From Candidatus Poribacteria bacterium (GTDB taxonomy: Bacteria; Poribacteria; WGA-4E; WGA-3G), in NCBI GenBank assembly GCA_965242965.1, contig OZ251518.1:3328001-3392000 (forward strand): a stretch of 64,000 bases of DNA, read 5' to 3'. The translations under genes were made by a program, and so were the position numbers. Shown here piece by piece: positions 59,476-64,000 of this stretch. The notes under the pieces were generated by a model. The model searched no databases, had not been told where the DNA came from, and saw only the letters and a list, made by a program, of their open reading frames with translations. The stretch's first letter is position 1, and the number at the start of each line of letters is the position of its first letter.

Positions 59476-60165
59476 GTAGGAGAGACCTCCCGGTCTCGAT
59501 GCCCTCCAATAGGCCCCTCTTGGCGAGCAGGGCGAGGGCCTGGTAGGAGAGACCTCCCGGTCTCGATGCACATCAGTAGACCTCTATTGGAACGTAGGGC
59601 GAGGGCCTGTCCCTCGCCATGCTAAACACTTGGAGCAAAATTCGCAGGAGATGAGCAGGATTTACAAGATTATCACGATTAGGAGCAGGATTTGCACGAT
59701 TATCACGATTTCGCACGATTATAGGGCTTGGTGCATCAAATACCCCGTGGCCTGCCAAAAGGGTGTCCGGCACACCAAAAACCTACTAATCTTGGTAACT
59801 CCTGGAAGAGGGACAATCAGGAAAACCTGATTGTCTTGACAGGCGTGACCCTGAAAATCCTGCTCATATCCTGTGAAATCCTGGAAATCCTGAAAATCCT
59901 GCTCCGGATTTACAAGAGTATCACGATTTCGCACGATTATAGGGCTTGGTGCATCAAATACCCCGTGGCCTGCCAAAAGGGTGTCCGGCACACCAGAAAC
60001 CTAATCTTGGTAAATCCTGGAAATCCTGAAAATCCTGCTCCGGATTGACACGATTTCGCACGATTATAGGGCCCGGCGAGACAAACGCGGGGGACAGGCC
60101 CCCGCGCTACGAAACCTGAGTCCCCTCTTGGAACGTAGCGCGAGGGCCTGTCCCTCGCGAATTAT
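59476..60165. repeat. Repeat cluster: REPs, aatcctg 9-mers and a ~77-bp direct repeat
   Basis: tatcacgatttcgcacgattatagggcttggtgcatcaaataccccgtggcc... at about 59701 and 59919. Confidence 0.85.
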
Positions 60166-60179
60166 CAATTAACTCAGCA

Positions 60180-61568
60180 CTACAAATTCGGCTTCGTCAT
60201 CTCTGCCGGCACGACATGCGTATCAAATTCCGCAGCGGTTAACACTTCCATCGCAACAGCCGCTTCTCGGAGGGTGCAGCCGTTTTCATGCGCATACTGC
60301 GCGACTTTCGCCGCGCTATCGTAGCCGATATGGGGTGCCAATGCCGTCACCAACATCAGCGATTCGGCGAGGTGCTGCGCAATCTTTTCACGGTTCGGCA
60401 CGATGCCCTCCACGCAGTTTTTGCGGAACGAATCACACGCGTCGCCGAGAAGTTGGATGGATTGCAAGGCGTTATAGGCAATCACCGGCATGAAGACGTT
60501 CAGTTGCAACGCGCCACTTGCATTCGCAAAAGACAGCGTCGTATCGTTTCCCATCACTTGCGCGCACACCATCGTCACCGCCTCGCACTGCGTCGGATTC
60601 ACTTTGCCCGGCATGATCGAACTGCCCGGTTCATTCGGCGGGAGTTGCAATTCACCGAGTCCACACCGCGGTCCCGAGCCCAACCAGCGGATGTCGTTCG
60701 CAATCTTAAACAGTGCCGTAGCCAGCGTCTTCAACGCCGCACTCGCATAGAGGACTGCATCCCTGCATGCCAGTGCCTCAAACGCATTCGGCGCACGCCG
60801 GAGGGGATACCCGGTTTTCGCTGCCAGTCGCGCCACCACCTTATCGGTATAGTCGGGATGCGTGTTTAATCCTGTGCCGACAGCCGTGCCGCCAATCGGC
60901 AATTCGCAGAGGCCCGGCACCGCTGCTTCAATGCGCGCTTCCGCTGCGGTGAGTTGCTGCGTCCAAGCACTGAACTCTTGCCCAAGTGTGAGCGGTGTCG
61001 CGTCCATCAGATGCGTCCTACCGATTTTGACAATCTCGGCGAAGGTATCGGCTTTTGCGGCGAACGCTTCACGGAGCTCGGACAGCCGCGGTTTGAGGTG
61101 CTCATGGAGCTGCCGAATCATCGCCAGATGGATGGCTGTCGGGAACACATCGTTCGTTGACTGAGATTTATTGACATGATCATTCGGGTGGACAGGGTGT
61201 TTGCTCCCTATCTCCCCACCGAGTATCTCAATGGCACGGTTCGCGATGACTTCATTGACGTTCATGTTCGTCTGCGTGCCACTGCCTGTCTGCCAGATGG
61301 GGAGGGGGAAGTGCGCATCCAGCGTGCCATCAATTACCTCCTGCGCGGCGGCACCGATAGTCTCGGCGAGGCGCGGTTCCAGCAAACCGAGTTCGGCGTT
61401 GACATGCGCGACGGCCTGTTTAATCGTGCCGAGTGCCCACAAAGCCGGGCGCGGGATGCGTTCGTCACCGATACGAAAATTCTGCAGGGCGCGCTGCGTC
61501 TGCGCACCCCAATATTTATCCGATGGAACGTGGAGTGTTCCCATGCTATCTGTTTCTATCCTGCTCAT
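60180..61568 (-). CDS. fumC: Fumarate hydratase class II
   Basis: [47 protein letters not shown]. Confidence 0.97.
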   Translation of the reverse strand: MSRIETDSMGTLHVPSDKYWGAQTQRALQNFRIGDERIPRPALWALGTIKQAVAHVNAELGLLEPRLAETIGAAAQEVIDGTLDAHFPLPIWQTGSGTQTNMNVNEVIANRAIEILGGEIGSKHPVHPNDHVNKSQSTNDVFPTAIHLAMIRQLHEHLKPRLSELREAFAAKADTFAEIVKIGRTHLMDATPLTLGQEFSAWTQQLTAAEARIEAAVPGLCELPIGGTAVGTGLNTHPDYTDKVVARLAAKTGYPLRRAPNAFEALACRDAVLYASAALKTLATALFKIANDIRWLGSGPRCGLGELQLPPNEPGSSIMPGKVNPTQCEAVTMVCAQVMGNDTTLSFANASGALQLNVFMPVIAYNALQSIQLLGDACDSFRKNCVEGIVPNREKIAQHLAESLMLVTALAPHIGYDSAAKVAQYAHENGCTLREAAVAMEVLTAAEFDTHVVPAEMTKPNL

Positions 61569-61586
61569 AGTGTCTCCTTTTTATAT

Positions 61587-61885
61587 GAGGGTGTTTCATA
61601 ACTCGTTGTTGTCACCGGTAGGAGAGCCCTCCTGGTCTCGATGCAATAGGGGGCCCTCGGATGCCACACGCGCATCCGAGCGGGTTCCCCTTGCCATCGC
61701 TCGCGCACTCCAACGCTCGCGGGGGACAGGCCCCCGCGCTACGAAAAAAAACGCCACACCCACACCGTAGGGCGAGGGCCCTCGGATGCCACACGCGCAT
61801 CCGAGCGGGTTCCCCTTGCCATCGCTCGCGCACTCCAACGCTCGCGGGGGACAGGCCCCCGCGCTACGAAAAAAAACGCTCCCTC
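61587..61885. mobile_element. One-ended TIR/REP element immediately upstream of fumC
   Basis: gagggtgtttcataact left end; duplicated internal module; no matching right TIR. Confidence 0.55.
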
Positions 61886-61912
61886 ACCGTTGAACTTTCT
61901 CAATGGCGTTCA

Positions 61913-63499
61913 CTAAAAATTTAACGGCAACGCGCGCTGCAGCGGTTTCCCCGTATACGGATTAATCATATCCGGCAGCCGCGGCAGCCGTTCATGAAAC
62001 CAACGCTCAACCGAGTAAAACTGAACGCGCGGGAAGACGTGGTTCCCTATCTGCACGTTACCGAGTTTCGCCACCTCATTCTGCGCCGCCGATGAGGTAA
62101 CTTCCTCTAAAGTGATATAGACACCCATCACGGCGTTTTCACGCTGAACGACATGCAAGAAATCGCGCAACTGGCTGAGCGAGAACTTCCCACTCTTCAC
62201 CTGACCGAGGACGATTTTGGTAAAGTCGCCATCGGGCGTTTCCAGCGTATTCCCGATGCCATCAATACCGCCATCTGCACCGCCGCGCTCGTTCGGCGCA
62301 AGGCCCGGGATGAGGTTCACAGCCCATATCTCAAAGTGCCGCCGGTTCTCACCGGCGAGCCGCATCGCACTCGCCAAATCTGCGGGTACCCCATAGGTTG
62401 GGATATGGCGGCCCGGAAACCGCTGCGTTTTGATGACATCAAGTGCAGAGGGATTAATATCAATGCCAATCCACTTGCGATTGAGCGTATCGGCGGCGAC
62501 GACGGTGGTGCCGCAGCCACAAAACGGATCCAACACAATATCTCCTTCGTCCGAGGAAGAGCGAATGATGCGTTCAAGGAGTTCGATCGGTTTCTGCGTG
62601 TTGTATCCGAGACTCGCTTTCCCTCGCACGGGCGCGATGTCTGTCCAGATATCCTGCAACGGCACCCCTTTCGCCTCGCTCAGATATTTCTTGTAATAAA
62701 AGGGCCCGCCGTCTCGCAGTTGCACCAGCATATTAGACTTGTGCATCCGCTGCATATTCGCTTCAGTGAACCGCCAAGCCCGCGTGATGCCTTGAAACGT
62801 ATAGGGTTTGTTCCCGCCAGCCTCGTTGGTGCAAGGCAGCAACCGATACAGCCCTTTTGCATCCTGATGCTTGTAATGCGATGCAATATAGGCAGCATCA
62901 TACGGCGTATATTGGATGCGATATTTCGCCTGTGGGGACATCACGTAATAGAAAATGATGTCATGATTCCTACCCATGTGGGAGGTAGCGAGGTTGTGCG
63001 TGTCTAACCGCCGCTTCCAGACGATTTCGTTTCGGAAGTTGGCCGCCCCAAAGAGCGTATCCATAACGATTTTGAGATAGTGACCCGCGGTGTCATCGCA
63101 GTGCAGATAAACACTGCCGGTCGGCTTAAGGACGCGCTTTATCTCAATCAAGCGAATCGCCATGTAACTGACATAAGCCATCATCCCGCAGTCGCCGAGA
63201 ATCTGGTGCAACCCGACGATGGCTTTGTGAATTGGCGAAGCAACCATGCCGGTGAGCTCATCAACGCGTGCCTGCGCATCGGGCGTCCAATGCCACGTAT
63301 CGTCAAATGCCTTCAGCGACGCGGCGCGCGTGCCTTTGTTCGCCATCTCTGCCTCCAGCGCGTAAAGTTGGTTATATTGCTGCTTGGAATTGAACGGCGG
63401 ATCTCCGTAGACGATGTCCACCCAATCATCCGGCCATTGCCGCAAGATGTGGAGATTGTCGCCGTAGTGGAGGCTATTCAACGCGGGAATTGTTAACAT
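61913..63499 (-). CDS. Beta-class DNA methyltransferase-nuclease fusion (third, more divergent paralog)
   Basis: DPPF, YNTQKP, DPFCGCGTT, DGGIDG...GQVKSG, shared tail PDMINPYTGKPLQ. Confidence 0.9.
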   Translation of the reverse strand: MLTIPALNSLHYGDNLHILRQWPDDWVDIVYGDPPFNSKQQYNQLYALEAEMANKGTRAASLKAFDDTWHWTPDAQARVDELTGMVASPIHKAIVGLHQILGDCGMMAYVSYMAIRLIEIKRVLKPTGSVYLHCDDTAGHYLKIVMDTLFGAANFRNEIVWKRRLDTHNLATSHMGRNHDIIFYYVMSPQAKYRIQYTPYDAAYIASHYKHQDAKGLYRLLPCTNEAGGNKPYTFQGITRAWRFTEANMQRMHKSNMLVQLRDGGPFYYKKYLSEAKGVPLQDIWTDIAPVRGKASLGYNTQKPIELLERIIRSSSDEGDIVLDPFCGCGTTVVAADTLNRKWIGIDINPSALDVIKTQRFPGRHIPTYGVPADLASAMRLAGENRRHFEIWAVNLIPGLAPNERGGADGGIDGIGNTLETPDGDFTKIVLGQVKSGKFSLSQLRDFLHVVQRENAVMGVYITLEEVTSSAAQNEVAKLGNVQIGNHVFPRVQFYSVERWFHERLPRLPDMINPYTGKPLQRALPLNF

Positions 63500-63648
63500 A
63501 AAGCGTGTCCTTTTCCGTTCGATCTTCAGTGGATTTCCATTTCTGATTAACCTTATGATACCACATTAGACAACATTTTTCAAACAAAGCGATTGTAAAG
63601 CAGAGACATTTGGTTATCCAAAAAAAGGAGAGGAACGTTATCTATTTT

Positions 63649-63967
63649 GAGGGTGTCTCATAAATCGCTCAACATCGCGGTGATAGGCCCGCCGGTAGGA
63701 GAGACCTCCTGGTCTCGATTCCTCTCCTACCGGAAGGCATCGGGCCCACCTCTGTAGTTCGGGAGCGTCCGCTCCCCAACAGATCAAGATCAGGCGATCT
63801 TGATCTACAGGGGTGATGAAGTCTGACAGCCAAACGGACAGCGAGGGACAGGCCCTCGCCCTACGTGAAGGTGAGGCATTTTTTATCGTAGCGCGGAGGC
63901 CTCGGATGCCACACGCGCATCCTAGCGGGTTTCCCCCGCGACGTTGGGCGATTTATGAAACACCCTC
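63649..63967. mobile_element. TIR/REP MITE-like element (319 bp)
   Basis: gagggtgtctcataaatcgc...gcgatttatgaaacaccctc; 5-bp TSD ATTTT. Confidence 0.8.
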
Positions 63968-64000
63968 ATTTTATAGAAGAAATTTTACCCTATTTAGGCG

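Overview
64 kb of bacterial chromosome, most likely Candidatus Poribacteria. This is inferred from the cohesin/dockerin/FlgD-tagged protein, secreted proteins ending in 'K-L-A-x-T-W-G-x-L-K', and PhyH and FGE-like paralogs. Housekeeping genes: hslVU, rplM-rpsI-purA, tRNA-Lys/tRNA-Glu, a divergent orphan fusA, rpoB-rpoC and fumC. They are interspersed with secreted/lipoprotein genes and four restriction-modification genes. Main observations: (1) Both RNA polymerase large subunits carry arrays of the same unfamiliar ~38-aa repeat (5 copies in beta; about 13-15 in a ~930-aa trigger-loop insertion of beta'), and the rifampicin pocket is altered. (2) Almost every intergenic region holds GTAG-hairpin REP-like repeats of several families. 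Many sit inside non-autonomous elements with GAGGGTGTTTCATA terminal inverted repeats and variable 5-10 bp target duplications, some of which split RBS/start sites or coupled genes, and some REPs are translated inside proteins. (3) Tandem DNA methyltransferase-nuclease genes have near-identical flanks but different central specificity regions. No transposase, CRISPR or prophage is evident. All calls are by eye; no searches were run.
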